Origin: Eledone cirrhosa
Taxonomy: Eukaryota
Direction: 5' to 3'
Assembly (NCBI GenBank): GCA_964016885.1
Contig: OZ024745.1
Location: forward strand, 130,386,001 to 130,450,000
Length of the DNA: 64,000 nucleotides
The translations under genes were made by a program, and so were the position numbers. The notes beneath the pieces were generated by a model. That model did not search any database. It worked only from the letters and a program-made list of their open reading frames with translations, and was not told the origin of the DNA. Positions 13,193 to 28,654 of this stretch are shown in pieces. Within the stretch, counting starts at the first letter, position 1; each line of letters begins with the position of its first letter.

Positions 13193-13614
13193 AGGGCGGT
13201 GGATTAGCAATATTGGTAGAGCGTCGGACACCCTGCTTCGTGGCATAGAGTTGCGAACCTTTACCTTATGAGTTCAAATCCCGCCAAGGTTATCTTTGCC
13301 TTTCATCCTTACGGGGTCGATAAAATAAAGTACCAGTCACGCACTGGGGTCGATTTAATCGACTTTCCCCTCTGCCAAAATTGCTGGCCTTGTACCTATA
13401 TAAGAAACAATTATTATTATTATTATCGATTGGCAGTATCGGTAGAGGGTCGGACGCCATACTTTGACACATAGAGTTGCGACCCTTGCCATTCTGAGTT
13501 CAAATCCCGCTGAGGTTAACTTTGCCTTTTATCCTTACGGAGTCGATAAAATAAAGTACCAGTAATACACTGGGTCAATCGCTGGACTTGTGCCAAAAGT
13601 AGAAACAATTATTA
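13193..13614 (+). mobile_element. Two tandem SINE family A copies (13193-13426, 13427-13614)
   Basis: Consensus match; (ATT)n tails. Confidence 0.85.
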
Positions 13615-14267
13615 TAGATAGAGTGTTTTCAGATATAATCCAAAATAAGTAAATTTAAAATAAAATACTGGGTTATCGTTTTAGACGCGGTAGGAATAAT
13701 GCTGGTAAATTTAATCTTTATGTTGTGGAGAGTTCCATTGTAGTGATAGAGATAACGCCGTTGGCGGGGATGTCTTTCTTGATGACAGTTATAACTGGGA
13801 TAATAGTGTTATGGTTTTTGATATTGTCATTGTAGTTGTTATCATGGTTATTGTAGTTATTATTGCAGTTGGTGGTAATAGTGTTGATGGCTGTTATAGA
13901 TGATAGATAAGAAGGATGAAGATGGAGGAGAAGAATTGTGAAAAGGAAGAAGGAACGGAAACGAAGAACGGTAAGAAATATTGATGTTGATGGCGATAGT
14001 GAAATTATTGGTGAAATATCATACAATATCGTGCTTTTGTTCCTGTCTGTCAGACAAAAAGAAGTTCCCTTGATTTAGATGTTTTCTTTTGCAATCTTAC
14101 AAATAAAACTGATTGTCTTTTTGATGTCTTTTCTGTTTTCATAATTTTGAGAAACTTATTAAAATCAATGGTGTCTAGAAATATTCAAAGGGAAGGAGAA
14201 CGGAAACAGAAAAATTCTAACAATATTATCAATAGAATAATCGATTTGCAGACACACACACACACAC

Positions 14268-14317
<50 letters not shown>

Positions 14318-14391
14318 ACATACACACACACACACACAGACTCACAATCACAAACACATGTACGCATACAAACACACACATACTGACAAAC

Positions 14392-14438
<47 letters not shown>

Positions 14439-15211
14439 GGGAGAGAGAGAGAGAAAGAGAGGGAGAGGGGCGAGGGAGAGAAAGTCTGACAGACACACTG
14501 AGAGAAAGAAAGGTTCAGAATTACACTACCAAACATATAGTAAATATATCTTCAGGAGATTCACCAGATTAATTTATTTTTTCATATCCTGCTATAACAA
14601 TGATATACAAATCGCTAAATCTTTATAAACTCGGTGGCCGAAGTCGATGTAATTGTTTAAATCGACTACATATCTGTTCTTGATACCTATTTTCTATGTC
14701 CTATAGGAATAAAGATCAAATTCAATCTAACCGTATGTATTTTCATCTTTCAGAGTATTTTCATGTACACGAATATTCAATTCCAGTCTGTGTTTTAGTT
14801 TGGAATTAGGCTAAACGAATTGAAATCCTGTGTATTCAATTCAATTCATTACACTTTCAACCATCTTCCCAAAGCTTAAAAGGACAAAATATTTATAATT
14901 CATTTGAAAAATTACAATATATTGTAGAAATGTTAGTCTTTGCTGTAACTGTAAGAGAACGAATAGACGATTTGATAGGAAGCCAAACTATCTTCTATTT
15001 GTTTAGTTGCAATTCTTGGTTCAGCCCGTTTCGGAAGTATGGCTCAACAAAGGACTGAATCTCGATAAGTACAATAAAACCTCAGACTAACACATCATTG
15101 GGTGGTTGAACAATTCCCTTTACACTTGACCGTAATATATGCATTCTTTGTTTTTTAATCGAGCTTTGGATTGATCTAAACCTATCTAGGAAATTCAGTA
15201 GGCGGAAACTG

Positions 15212-15521
15212 TATGGATCTTTGGAGTAACCTTACTCGATAGAGTGCGTAGTTCTGAGATTATGGAGAGCCGTTACTTCTCCGAATTGAGAGATCACAGC
15301 TCCTATACCTCGGACATCTAATTAGAATGTCTAAGGAAAGAATCGCGGGACGGATTATACGGGAAAAACCGTTTAGCTGGAGACCGAAGGGTAGACCCCC
15401 AGCAAGATGGTTGGATAATATCCATAAGCTTGGCTGGTCTCACTTGGGGGATCCAGCCGGATCCATTGGAGATGGTTGCTTCTGACAGGAGTGTTTGATG
15501 ACTCTGCCTCCAGGACCCTCT

Positions 15522-15552
<31 letters not shown>

Positions 15553-15692
15553 AAGAAGAAGAAGAAGAAGAAGAAGAAGAAGAAGAAGAAGAAGAAGAAG
15601 AAGAAGAAGAAGAAGAAGAAGAAGAAGAAGAAGAAGAAGAAGAAGAAGAAGAAGAAGAAGAAGAAGAAGAAGAAGAAGAAGAAGAAGAAGAA
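15212..15692 (+). pseudogene. RTE-clade (Rex3/Expander-like) LINE 3' fragment with (AAG)n tail
   Basis: Manual translation: IFGVTLLDRVRSSEI..PLLLRIERSQLLYLGHLIRMSKERIAGRIIREKPFSWRPKGRPPARWLDNIHKLGWSHLGIQPDPLEMVASDRSV; (AAG)n at 15524-15692. Confidence 0.8.
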
Positions 15693-16187
15693 GGCTGTGG
15701 TAAGCGTCCTGGACACTTCACTTTCACTTTGGAGGACTACAAATCTTCCAGGAGTGGCTGCAGCGCTAAAACAAGTGTTTTGAAGCTGGAAGATCCTTCT
15801 GTGATAGAGTAGAGTTTTGTGTTGACCTGAGTATAATAAAGGTCTCTGTCTTAGATAAAATCCTCAAAACCAGTTTACTTTACCACGTATAACTAAAAGA
15901 CACCTCAAAAATTCCTCCTTCATATGATACCGCTAACACACGATTAAAAACCTACTAGGACTCAATTTGATAGTTATAATAACATTCATTGAATTTCTTT
16001 TCTTGTTTTATTGCACCCCACTACACATACGCTCCGCAGCAACTGAAAACGGATTCAGCAAAATGAAAAGAAAAAAAAACAAACAAACGCTGCAAAAATA
16101 TTTTCATTGGGTATTTCATATATTATGTTCTTTATGGTTGTATATATGGCTCCATTTTGCTTGTAATAATGCCGAGTGTAATACATA

Positions 16188-16300
16188 ATATAATTGTTTC
16201 TACTTTTGGCACAAGGCCAGCAATTACCCAGTGCATTACTGGTACTTTATTTTATCGATCCCGTAAGGATGAAAGGCAAAGTTAACCTCGGCGGGATTTA
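16188..16300 (-). mobile_element. SINE family A, truncated
   Basis: Tail and body match. Confidence 0.8.
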
Positions 16301-16513
16301 GGTATTTGTTCTACTTTTACTGAAACAAAAAACTCGGATATTTCCAATTGCGCATCAACGAGGTCTCTGCCGCTATCACGCTTCTCTCTCCCTCTCTCCC
16401 TCCCTCCTTTCTCTATCTATCTACCTCTCTCTCGGTGGCCCTTTTACTCGAGAAGTCGAGTGCTATTAACTGTCGTGTTTGTATGATTAATATTTATTTT
16501 TTATATAAAAAAG

Positions 16514-16548
<35 letters not shown>

Positions 16549-17017
16549 TGCGCGCGCGCGCGCGCATGTGTGTGTGTGTGTGTTTTTTTTTTGTTTTGTA
16601 TGTGTGTGTGTGTGCATTCGTGAGTTTCATGTCGAATAATAATATTCTATTCGTCTGCAAGCAAACAGCCTCAAAGCGCTATGTCTTTTAGACGACTACC
16701 ATCATCCTTTTGGTCTAGCGGTGGCATAGAGAAATAATCAACAATAATATTGTATCTGGGTTATTGCCCTTTGTCAAGATTGTATTTCTCTCTTCTCTGT
16801 CACACAATAAAATTCTTGAGAATATTTAAATTAATCTCTAAATTATGCATCGGCTGATTAGGCTAATTATTGGTATCCGCTATGTTGGAGCGAAACTAAT
16901 TTTCTATATATAAATATATATACATATATATATAGAAATGTCTTAGAAGAATCAAGTGCTATGTGGTTGCTGAATAAAGTGTATTTAGAAATAAGAGGAA
17001 AGCGCGAACGGGGGTAT

Positions 17018-17048
<31 letters not shown>

Positions 17049-17278
17049 CATATATATATACACACATAGGGAATTCTATAAGTTGATAAAATAAGAGTAA
17101 GGCGTGCAGATATTTATTTAATTTTTGAATGTGGTTTATTTTATATCCAGAATAGCGAGAGGGATTTCAGAGGTAAATCCAGTTGGTATACTTCCGGTCA
17201 TCTTAGATATTTAATCACAGACCATATATTAACAAATAAAATAGGTCTTAAAGTTTAAGAAACAGTTATATATATACA

Positions 17279-17638
17279 TGCCCCCTCGTTACCGAGTATG
17301 GCCCTTGCACGATATAACATTATTAATAATTATCACTTAAGCTATCGTGCAAGGACTGTGCGTGAAGATTATCTGTAAAGTGAGGAAAGACCGGGCACTG
17401 AGCCAATCCCACTCTCTGAGTAGCTATAACCCGAAAAGAAGGAAAGATCAACTTCATCGGCAACTACTGAGCCACGGGTTTTATGTTCGGGTTATCCCAG
17501 TTCCCTTAGTTGCGTTCTCCTAGAAAAATACCCTGACAAATGCTAGGGGTCCTTCACTCCCAGTGGTTTTACCGTCCTATCGGGTATCCAGCCCGACTAT
17601 TTCTATGTCCCCGCGCATATACATACATATATACATAC

Positions 17639-17650
<12 letters not shown>
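17279..17650 (+). mobile_element. About 335-bp dispersed repeat with (CATA)n tail, family G (second copy 42634-42990)
   Basis: Two full-length copies start at TGCCCCCTCGTTA and end at CCAGCCCGACTATTTCTATGTCCCCG-CATATACATAC; internal hairpin TTGCACGATA..TATCGTGCAA. Confidence 0.8.
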
Positions 17651-18256
<606 letters not shown>

Positions 18257-18503
18257 GGGGGCATGTTTTGTGTCTCTGATTGAGAGTAGTGTATTATGTC
18301 ACAGTTTCCCATACTTTAGTCATATTAATGATCGCGAACGTGAAACTCGACGTTGTCATTATGATAATACTACTTTTATTACTACTACTGCTAATCGTAA
18401 TAATTATTATTATCATAATTGTAACAAGGATAATTTTTACTATTACTATTGCTATTATTATTACTGTTATTGTCGTTGTTTTTTGCTGTTATTATATGTG
18501 TGA

Positions 18504-18592
<89 letters not shown>

Positions 18593-19464
18593 AATATATA
18601 CTTGCATAACAGTCTACGAATTTCTTCATTACCATATGGGGGATATTTGGTTTGAGATGAAATAAGTTAGAATGAGATAGAAATGATAAGAATCTAATTG
18701 GGAAATAGAAATTCAACTGACCGATAAACTTTACGTAATTAGAACTCTCTCGTACCGATCGAACTTTTTAATCACGCAGCTTAGATTTCGTTTTTAATCT
18801 AATTTCATTTTGTTTGTATTTTTCTTGTTCTGTTTTGCGGTAAAATTTGCTCACGTTATATACATGCAAGTGTTTTTCGGTGCGTCAGTAAGTGAGTCTG
18901 TGTATGCTTGTGTACAAAAGTGTACTCATATATGCTTATGTATGTGTTTGTGTGTTGATTGGAAATGTTCATTTGTCAATACGTATTCTCCGAAGTTTTC
19001 TGTATGTGCAATCTTTTTATAATTGGTTAGACATGGAGAAATTACATGTAGATCTAGAAAGCAAATCCGACGTCGAGAACAAAATATGTATGACTCCATA
19101 TCTAGATGAAAGCACATTATGTCTGTGTCACCAAAGAAACAAATAATTGCATATATTTACAGGGGGAGAGCAAATGACTATATCTGTATAAAATCACAAT
19201 AGTAAAATACCTTCTTATACTCCACAAATATCGTGCTAGTAACCGTCAAAATATTCCTCAAACAACCAATGTGAATTGGATTGTAAAATATCTATACATC
19301 TATTACATTAACCATACAAGTATAACATTTTCACGTTCGTTAATTATCCATTCACAAACAAAGGAGCAATCACTTCACATTAGAACACAGATCCTAAAAT
19401 ATAGCAAGTCAGGAAATTATATTACAATACAATGCTAAATTAACCACACTTACATCATACATAT

Positions 19465-19682
19465 AATTTGTCGATCGTCTTTCGTCAAATCGGATCGAGG
19501 AAACAATGTTTCCGTTGGTCTATCCAATTACTAATGCTCCCTATCGGTCGCAACTCTATGTAGAAGGAGCAACGTGAAATAAAGAGTCTTGCTCAAGGAC
19601 ATAACGCATCGCCCGGTCCAGGAATCGAACCGACAACCTCACGATTGCGAATCCAGTTCTCTAACCAATAAGCCGCACGCCT
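19465..19682 (-). mobile_element. tRNA-derived CORE-type SINE family B
   Basis: Reverse match to 30681-30895: tRNA head, GTCCTTGAGCAAGA..CTTTATTTCACGTTGCTCC core. Confidence 0.8.
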
Positions 19683-20091
19683 ATATATGTCATTAATAAA
19701 TTGATGTAGAGACACGATGATCACAACGATATCAGTTTTGGACCTCTAAAAAAGATGCAGTTTATAAGCTAATAGCAAATCACATAGAAAAGATTAGATT
19801 TTGAATATGAAGAAACATTGATAATAGATTTGTGAACGGTATTATTCTATACAGACAGCAAAGACACGTGAGGAAATATGAAGAAAACGTATAGTATATA
19901 TTTGTGAGAAATTCTGTTCCATAAGCACATACAAGGTCACAAATTAAGCAAGAGTAGTACAACTCCAATATATATATATGTGTGTGTGTGTGTGTTTGTT
20001 TGTGTGGGTTTCTGTGTGAGTTTGTTTGTGTGTGTGTGTGAGTTTGTTTGTGTGTATGTATATATATATATGTATTTATATGCATAATAGA

Positions 20092-20589
20092 TATATTATG
20101 AAGTGAAATGACAGGAGGCTAAATAAGTTGAGTTTCCTTAATTATTTATTTCTTCAAACACTATACACATTTCAGCGGCCAGGTTGCGTAATAACCCGAT
20201 GACATCTTCGGGTGTAAATTGCGTAATAGAGGTATACCAATGAAATGATGGTAAACAAGTACAATATTTTATTCTCTGTTTTTTCTTTGCTTGTTTCCTT
20301 AAAGTTTACCATCATTCCATTGGTATACCTCTCTTACGCAAATTACACTTGAAGATGTCACCGAGTTATTACACAACCCGGCTACTGAAATGTGCATAAT
20401 GTTTGCAGAAATAAATAATTAAGGAAACTCAACAAATTTGGTCTCCTGTCATTTTACTTGATAATACATTTACTCCGTTCCCGCACCACCAACATGATAC
20501 AACATCAATGATGGATGAATTGCATGACGTCGGGTGCCTTTCTCATATTACGTCACGATTAATATTCTGCAATGTTAACCATCACATCT
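20092..20589 (+). mobile_element. Older PLE derivative, family I: inverted arms (20094-20256 and 20304-20466) + tail, degenerate hammerhead
   Basis: Arms about 163 bp with many mismatches; combining both arms gives acac-CTGAAGA-stem-GAAA-tgtgtaTA-gtgt. Confidence 0.75.
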
Positions 20590-22924
20590 ATATATATATA
20601 TATATATCAGTGTTGTATTTATTGTTCTTGATTTGTGACCTTGTGTTCAGCCAATCGAACATCATACAAAAACTGCTACATTCATTTTACATATACCATA
20701 TATTTCCTAATGTTAAAGTTTTCGTCGTATTATTTGCTTTTTGGTAAGTGAGACTCGGAAAAAATAACTACACCGAATTAAGAATGTTACTGCTTACATC
20801 AATTAAAATTGTGCTTTGTCAGTTGGTAAGGACGTCATATATTGTGTGTGGTTTCACCTCCAGATTAAATATTAACTTCAATTTCTTCGAAAATATATCA
20901 TTGTTAAAGGGGATCCCACATCGCCAGTGGGCATGCTAGAAATAGCAGCGCAATTTTTGAAGACTACAACTTATATAAAGAGAGTATGCATTCTATGATT
21001 ATAATGTCAGTGTATATACATTATTTGGCAACTCATAGGATGATCATGGCAAGAATAGTTTGTTGATAGCTTTCCTTAATCAAACCTGGTCTTAAAAAGC
21101 AACACAGAGAAGCGCTAATCGATTATTATATTTTCTTTTCAATATCTGGCGGAAGATTTGTCGAAACATTATTGATGATGTATGTTAACAACATTTATTT
21201 TCGAGTCTTATTCAAGTGGTATTGTATAATGTTAATCTGTCGGCAAGTTATATCAGTAATGTAGCTGTCATTTCAGATCAGCAGCTTTCACATCAATCAA
21301 TCCAAATACGTGGCATATAGCAGTAGTTAATTTATCTTGACTCTTTAATCCATTAACTATAATAAAACATTTTCATTTCCATGACTGGTTCTAAATTATA
21401 ACCAAATCTCACCAGCGTTATTTTTGCTTTCAAAGAAGATCAATACAATTGGCTCTTGCTAAACGTTAGAGTTTATTAAAACAAATATCCTGCTTCATAT
21501 ACAAAATTGATTCTTGAAAGTTGAATATGCTACAAACAATACAGGACTGCATAAAACGCATTAATATATTACATACATTTCTATATAAATGAATTCCGAA
21601 GCATTTTCTCGTCACTCAATGCATGTCAAAGTAGATAATGTCTGATGCCGCTGCTTCTCACAAGAATACTGTAGCCCCTTTTATTACCTAGACAGCACAC
21701 AGTAGTAGGAAACTCTCAGCCGTAGTCTCTTGCCTGTTTATGCCTGAACAATACTCAAAATATAACATCACAGATTATACCAAATGTTATCTTTCTACTG
21801 TCGATGAGATAGGCAGCAGTGTTATAGTAATATACATCAATTATTCCTTTACAGTGTATGAAGGAAGATCCAGTCTTAAACTAAACTGACTAAATTAACC
21901 ATGACTGTTTTGTGCTATATATTGGGAGACTTTCTATGGTGAGAGTTGACGTCAAAGGGTAAGGTCAAAATACGTAGACAATAAGACGTGGTTTCTATCG
22001 TCGCTTGAATGTTATTTTATTACACTTACACATAAAGAGAATCTAAATAAAACTCCTGTCTCAAACGATCGACGAGAAAAATATCATTCTGAATTTAACT
22101 GATACAAGGGGCTAGTTCTCTATCATATGACCAGGGGGAAAAATGGGACTGAGTTGATTCAATTGACTATAACCCACTTATAGCATAACTGACTATCTGC
22201 CGGACCACGACGCCTGAATTTTTCACTTATTTCGCTTTCCAGATTAGGGACTTTGCGGAATGAATATGATTCCATCCAAGATTTTGCCGTCTACTCGGAG
22301 TTACCTCACGAGTTTCATCTGCGGGGAAGAAAATATATTAACATGAACATAAACAAAAGCAATATACATATATCATATTAATTCAAATTTCGAGTTCATT
22401 TATTTCAAAATGAATAGAGTTGGGGTGATTCACTGTTTAAAATGTTATTTCTATCCTACGTCTTTCTAATTCTAAATCGCATGGGGATCGAATTTACTTC
22501 TCAAAATTCGATATATTGGGTGCCAGTAATATACAGACGTCGTATTTACAGTACCCATGCAACACATTATAAATAGAATGGACATTTTCTAAGATCAAAG
22601 AACTCGATATTACTGAAAATTCAATTATAACCAGATCGATTTCTGAACTGGTTTGTTTAGATTGGATATATATTTATCGATATGTTTTGTTTATATGCTC
22701 CATTTAACTGGGTTTTTTTCGTGATTTTTAAGAGGATTCTGGGATATGAAAAACTGTGATTTTGGGTGCAAATCAAATCTCTATTTATTTTATTCTTGCA
22801 AAATAATAATAAACATATATTTGCACTTCGTTTTTTTTTTTCTCACATCCTTGATATACGTTCTCTGTCTTCTACTACTATAGTTAGGTTGTTCTTGATC
22901 CTTTATTCGTCTGCAGCGTTTCTT

Positions 22925-22979
<55 letters not shown>

Positions 22980-23437
22980 TTTGTGTGTGTAGTTTACGTC
23001 TTGTAACTTAGTGGATCGATAAATAGAAATCAATAAATTATGTATCAGGCTTGAAGAAAAATATACTGCAATCGATATGGTCGACCAAATGAGTCAAGTT
23101 GGTGCTCCAGTGTGGGAGCTGTCAAATTATTGAGACCAATAAAGAAAATACATTGGATATACCTGTTTGGCTCTACCATTCAGCATACGCTTTTAACGTT
23201 ATCTTTTCATCTTTATCGCTGTTCAAAGCACTGATATATTGTTGTGTCTATTCTACCAAAATATTTCTTCATTTGGAGTTTTTCATCTCTTCCTCCATTC
23301 CTCGTTCTAGTTCCTTCACTACCTCTCTCCCCTATTGCACTCTTTTATCTTCGTCTATTTAACACACTGTCCTTAATGTTTATCGCTAATTTCTTTTAAC
23401 CCAATAATTTCCACTATATATCACTATATCTATCTCG

Positions 23438-23482
<45 letters not shown>

Positions 23483-23483
23483 A

Positions 23484-23910
23484 TATTGATATACTTTGGG
23501 AAGGTCATGTTGCCAATAAGAAACACACGCACCAGTTGATTCACACACAGACACCCGGATGTAACACATGCGCAAACTAAGCACACAACACACACAAAAA
23601 CAAGATGGCGTAGGACAGAACAAAGGAGATGCACAAAACAAAGAAAATAATCCCCAGTCACTGAAGAGGCCACAGAATGTGTGACGAAAGAACGTTGACA
23701 ATATATGAACAATCCTCCGGTTGTGAAACCAACCAAACAACCGGAAATTTACAAATTTCTTAAATTTATAATTTAATTTATAATAAATTGGAGTGAAAGC
23801 ACTGATGCGTGTGTTTATTATTGGCAACATGACCCTCCCAAAGTATAACAATATCGGTTTCAACACACGTTTTCAGATAAAGAATCTTGCTAAACAAATT
23901 CAGAAACGAA
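23484..23910 (+). mobile_element. PLE derivative, family J: inverted arms (23484-23535 and 23801-23852), internal hammerhead-like motif 23657-23699
   Basis: gtca-CTGAAGA..GAAA..tgac; (TA)n flanks; shares AAACCAACCAAACA and ATGACCCTCCCAA with 54676-54955. Confidence 0.7.
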
Positions 23911-23915
23911 ATATA

Positions 23916-24039
<124 letters not shown>

Positions 24040-24054
24040 AAGATAGAGAGAGAG

Positions 24055-24115
<61 letters not shown>

Positions 24116-25019
24116 TGTATGTGTCTATTACTTCTTTTCTATCTATATATGTGAGAAGAGAGTATAAATGTTGGAGACCAATGACCAATGATATACAATG
24201 TCTTCAGTGGATACTTTCTGTTACCCATTGCACAAGGATTAACTCTAACTAACCAATTCACACTTTTTTACAAGCTTCAAATGATATAGTTCGTGATAAA
24301 GAGATATTAGATAAAGAAAATATATTTCAAAATCATGAGCTAATGTAAATTATTTCAATGTTGATATGAAGGTGTTGTGTGAATATTTCACTCAAGTTTG
24401 ACAGTAGAATCTGCTGCAGCCAGTGATACTGAGATCAAGGATTGAGTGAATAAGGAATGGGGTGATTCAAAGACTAGGTTATGAATACTTTCAAATATTA
24501 CACATCAGCACTTTAAATGTGAAAGACATCACCACATACCGCTCAGTCTAAATATCCCTATATTTGAGTTGGATTTAAAGAAATCTAGAGATGGTAAAAT
24601 AAGATATTGCTAGAGATTGAAAAAGAAGTGGATGATGGACGATTTGATGGCAACACTAATCCCAGATTCCCGGTTCTCTTCATTGCTGCACCCACGCCAA
24701 TAGAATGCGTAGGCATTAATGCTCTCCGTCTGTCGGCTTTTCTCGGCAATACAGGTTCCTAATAGCGGAGGTATATACACAATTAGACGAGTGATACCTG
24801 CAATTAATGTAGTTCCTCTTTACGGTCTACTGGTACTAAGGTTTTCCAGTAGGGACAATATTTTCGGGTTATTTCACAGAGGAAATCAGAAGTGAAAAAA
24901 GAGGCATTTACTTAGTAACATTTGTACGTTGGGATATAGGGTCCTCATTTATTAAGGGACGATTCTTTTCATTCAATCGCTCTCTGTGGAATATAGGCAA
25001 TTGACGACCCTCCACTATC

Positions 25020-25420
25020 GTACACGATCCTGGGCTGCTCTCACCACTCCACTCCAGTTGGTTTCCTACTTTCGTAGTTCAGCCTCAGTGTGACACCTGT
25101 ATTTTCCGCGGGCTCAACCTCTCTTTCTGTTACCCTGCGGGTTCCAGGTCTGGGCTTGGATGTTGGTTCCCTGAGGGTTTGTTCAATCCAGCTCCACTTC
25201 CTCCGCAGAATCTTTGTTTTCACTGGTTCCCATCCCTCTAGCTCTCACAGATCTTCGTTTCTGATTTTCTCCGGCGATTTGATGTTGTAGAGTCACTTCA
25301 AACAAGTGTAGAAGAATGTCTTGATCTTCGGCTGCATCTTCTTTGTAGTCCTCCTTCACATCCGTACAGCAGTACCAAATTCACAAGAACTAAGCTTCGC
25401 ATCTTCAACTCCAAAGTGAA
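25020..25420 (-). pseudogene. RTE-clade LINE ORF2 C-terminal fragment
   Basis: ISNEDL..KILRRKWSWIEQTLR..WNPQGNRKRG resembles the RTE C-terminal IRKRRWKWIGHTLRK..WNPEGKRKRGRP region; frameshifted. Confidence 0.65.
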
Positions 25421-25457
25421 GGTTGTAAGATGCAATTGGTCATCATTGGTCGAACTC

Positions 25458-25631
25458 CATGCTGTGCAGCATAGAGTTACAGCCCTTTATGATCTGAGTT
25501 CAAATCCCACCGTGGTTAACTTTGCCTTTCATCCTTACGTGGTCGATAAAATAAAGCACCAGTAATGTACTGGGGTCAATTTAATCGACTTTCCCCTCCT
25601 CCTGGCCTTGTGCCTATACTAGAAATCATTA
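25458..25631 (+). mobile_element. SINE family A
   Basis: Consensus match. Confidence 0.8.
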
Positions 25632-25719
25632 AATTCGTCGGGTAATCAAGAATGTCTTTGACATTTTGTTTCCGCTTTTGTTCTCTTCTCTGTCTGCCTC
25701 AGACATTTATGTTGACCCT

Positions 25720-25752
25720 TCTTTCTCTCTCTCCCCCCCCCCCCCCTCTCTC

Positions 25753-25815
<63 letters not shown>

Positions 25816-26190
25816 TTCACTAACGCTCTCTCTATCCATCTCTGTCTCTCTCTCTTTCTATCCGTCTCTGATTCTCACTCTCTCTCCTTCTCTCTCTTAT
25901 TATATGTTTATTTATCGATCATCATCAATGCAATCTAATTTCTCTCTCTCCTTCTCGCTTCCTATCTCCCTCTCTCTCCCTCTCATTCCTCTCACTACCG
26001 TCTTTTCTCTCTTTCTCTCTCTCCCTTCTCTCCCTCCCTTCTTTCTCATCTCTCTCTCTCTTCTCCCCCCCTCTCTCTTCTCTCCTCCTGTCTATCTCAT
26101 CTCCCCTTTCTCTCTTCCCCCCCCCCCTCTCTTCTCTCATCCTCTCTATCCCCTCTCCCCCTTTCTCTCTCTCCTCCCACTCTCTCTCTC
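25720..26190. repeat. CT-rich low-complexity tract
   Basis: Direct inspection. Confidence 0.85.
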
Positions 26191-27049
26191 AACCAGTCAC
26201 TCAACTCCCCATGCTTGGAACCCCGCCTCACACACAAAAAAAAAAAAAAAAAGCTTTCTATTTTCCAGTCATATATGTGTTACGTATTTGGAAAGGATAT
26301 TTAATAAGTATCATAGTTTCAAATACAAATTTCACGAAAAGCATCAAAACCCATTAAACCGTCTTAGCGCACAGTTCTACCTCTTCCACTTTTTTGTTCT
26401 TCTCTTTCTCTATCTTAAGCAGACTCGCAGACATCATTGTATACGCTGTGTTGGTGAAATATAAGAGAGTAATGAAAAGGGAATTGTCAATTCCAAATCG
26501 AACATTTCCAATCAACTAAAGTCGTTATAATTCCTTCTTTTATTGTCTCTGGCGTCTCCGCTGAATTATTGATTCTTCAGTGGAGTTTGGTAGGATAGAC
26601 TTCTTATTTATTTATTTTTTTAATTATTTTCGTTTCGTCTTTAATTCGGGAATATAAATAAAAGAAGAACGGTGCGCGAATTCATTCCAATAGAATTTCC
26701 AATTATCGAAACTCCGGTGGAAATCTTTGAAGTTAAAGAATTTTACAATAATATATAAGTTATCAGCATCTATATCTCTCCTATACGTGTATAAATGATC
26801 TCGGTGAATGGGTTGGTATGCATCTGTTTGCGGTTTTGTCCACATATCTGCTATATGTTCTATGTTTGCAGTTTGCTCTTAATAGAGTTATCTATATATT
26901 CAGTATTTCTTTTGTCATTATTGTCATATATTTTAGAAATAATAGATATTTATTTTCCTGAATTGTTTATTTGTCTTTTTCTTTTTATATTTTTAGTTAA
27001 TATATTCTCGCCATTAGCTCACACACCACCACCACATGGGAATATAAAA

Positions 27050-27265
27050 TGTCTTCTGATTTAGGTAAAAGGCCAACAATTTTGGGAGAGAAGAAAGTCG
27101 ATTAAATCGACTCCAGTCATTACTGGTACTTTATGGTATCAATCCCATAAGGATGAAAGGCAAAGCTAACCTCGGTGGGATTTGAACTCAGAACGTAAAG
27201 AGCCGTAATTATATCCCACAAAGCATGTTGTCCGGCATTCTACCGATTCTGCTAATCTACTGTCC
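27050..27265 (-). mobile_element. SINE family A (diverged long variant)
   Basis: Consensus match. Confidence 0.75.
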
Positions 27266-27715
27266 TCACATATAATGTTATGATCAAGATATTGGTTGCT
27301 TACTTAGTCACAAAAGCATATCTTTTGTGAGAGGGGGAGACGTTGACATCAACGCAGTATTTCAATGTTACTTTATTTTATGAATCATCAGAAAGATACA
27401 TTCAAAGTCGAAATTGAAGGAGTTCCGAATCAAAACGTAGTGGGTTTAAGCTAAATAAAACATATTCACTCTTGTCAATCCAGTTGTATTAGTAAGTCCA
27501 CTACGTGTAATAAAAGTTATGCATATATGCGCAATCATCACATGCAAATATACAAACATATGCCCTGAAACGGGCTTGTACTATATCATCTTTTTTACGA
27601 AATGGTAGTAAAATTAACACAGGAATATAAGTGATATAGCCGTTTGAACATTAGAAAATGCTCCGGTTCTGTGCGATCTTGCCAAGGTCCATTCATCTTT
27701 CATCCATTTGAGTTT

Positions 27716-27781
27716 GATAAAGAAAGTACCATCTTAGTGATAAAGAAAGTACCATCTTAGTGATAAAGAAAGTACTATCTT
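27716..27781 (+). repeat. 23-bp tandem triplication inside an old SINE remnant
   Basis: TGATAAAGAAAGTACCATCTTAG x3. Confidence 0.8.
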
Positions 27782-27953
27782 CGATGTTCCCCTAGATCAA
27801 AGAAGACAAAATTTATATGGCCTCTGTGTCTACACGAAACTTCAAGGGCACATAAAGTCATTAGTAAAAGCAAGATGTATACTACCACGACATATTAGTT
27901 TGGGATTGAGAGCTGTAGTAGTTTATATATATATACACATACACAATTACACT

Positions 27954-28095
<142 letters not shown>

Positions 28096-28287
28096 CGTGT
28101 GCGTGTGTGTGGGCGTGTTTGTATGTTTGGGGATGTATACGTTTCTGAAGGTGTTCATTATAGCATTTATATATATCATTATTCTGTGCTGTGTCCAGAA
28201 ATATATTTTGATCTGCCGTGTAAATCATATCTAAAAAGTTTAAAGCAGTCGAAACGACCCGAGCTTAGCCGTCGGGGTCCTGACTCT

Positions 28288-28322
<35 letters not shown>

Positions 28323-28327
<5 letters not shown>

Positions 28328-28583
28328 GTAATCTGAGTTTTTCGAATATTAATAATAATATTCGATTCGTTTGCAATTATGCAAACACGCCTCATTTTTA
28401 AAGCCATGTCAGTAGAATGAACACCTCATTCTTGCTCTTGTGTTGGCATGTAAACAGAACTGAAGAGACTAATGTTTCTGGTTATCACTCTTCATCAGTA
28501 CAGTTCACTGTTAACCTGCCAAACTGTCAGAGCTAGTGAAAATATATGATATTTCCTAAAATATACAGTGACTGTTAGGCCTG

Positions 28584-28588
<5 letters not shown>
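28323..28588 (-). mobile_element. PLE derivative, family K, with hammerhead at 28458-28505 (-)
   Basis: Homologous to 43223-43485 and 29845-30046; - strand ctgta-CTGATGA..GAAA-cattag-TC; (TA)n flanks. Confidence 0.75.

Positions 28589-28649
<61 letters not shown>

Positions 28650-28654
<5 letters not shown>

Noticed and set aside
12883-13194. 103-aa ORF in unique sequence
   Set aside because: Starts inside a SINE tail with a non-ATG codon and has no recognisable motif.
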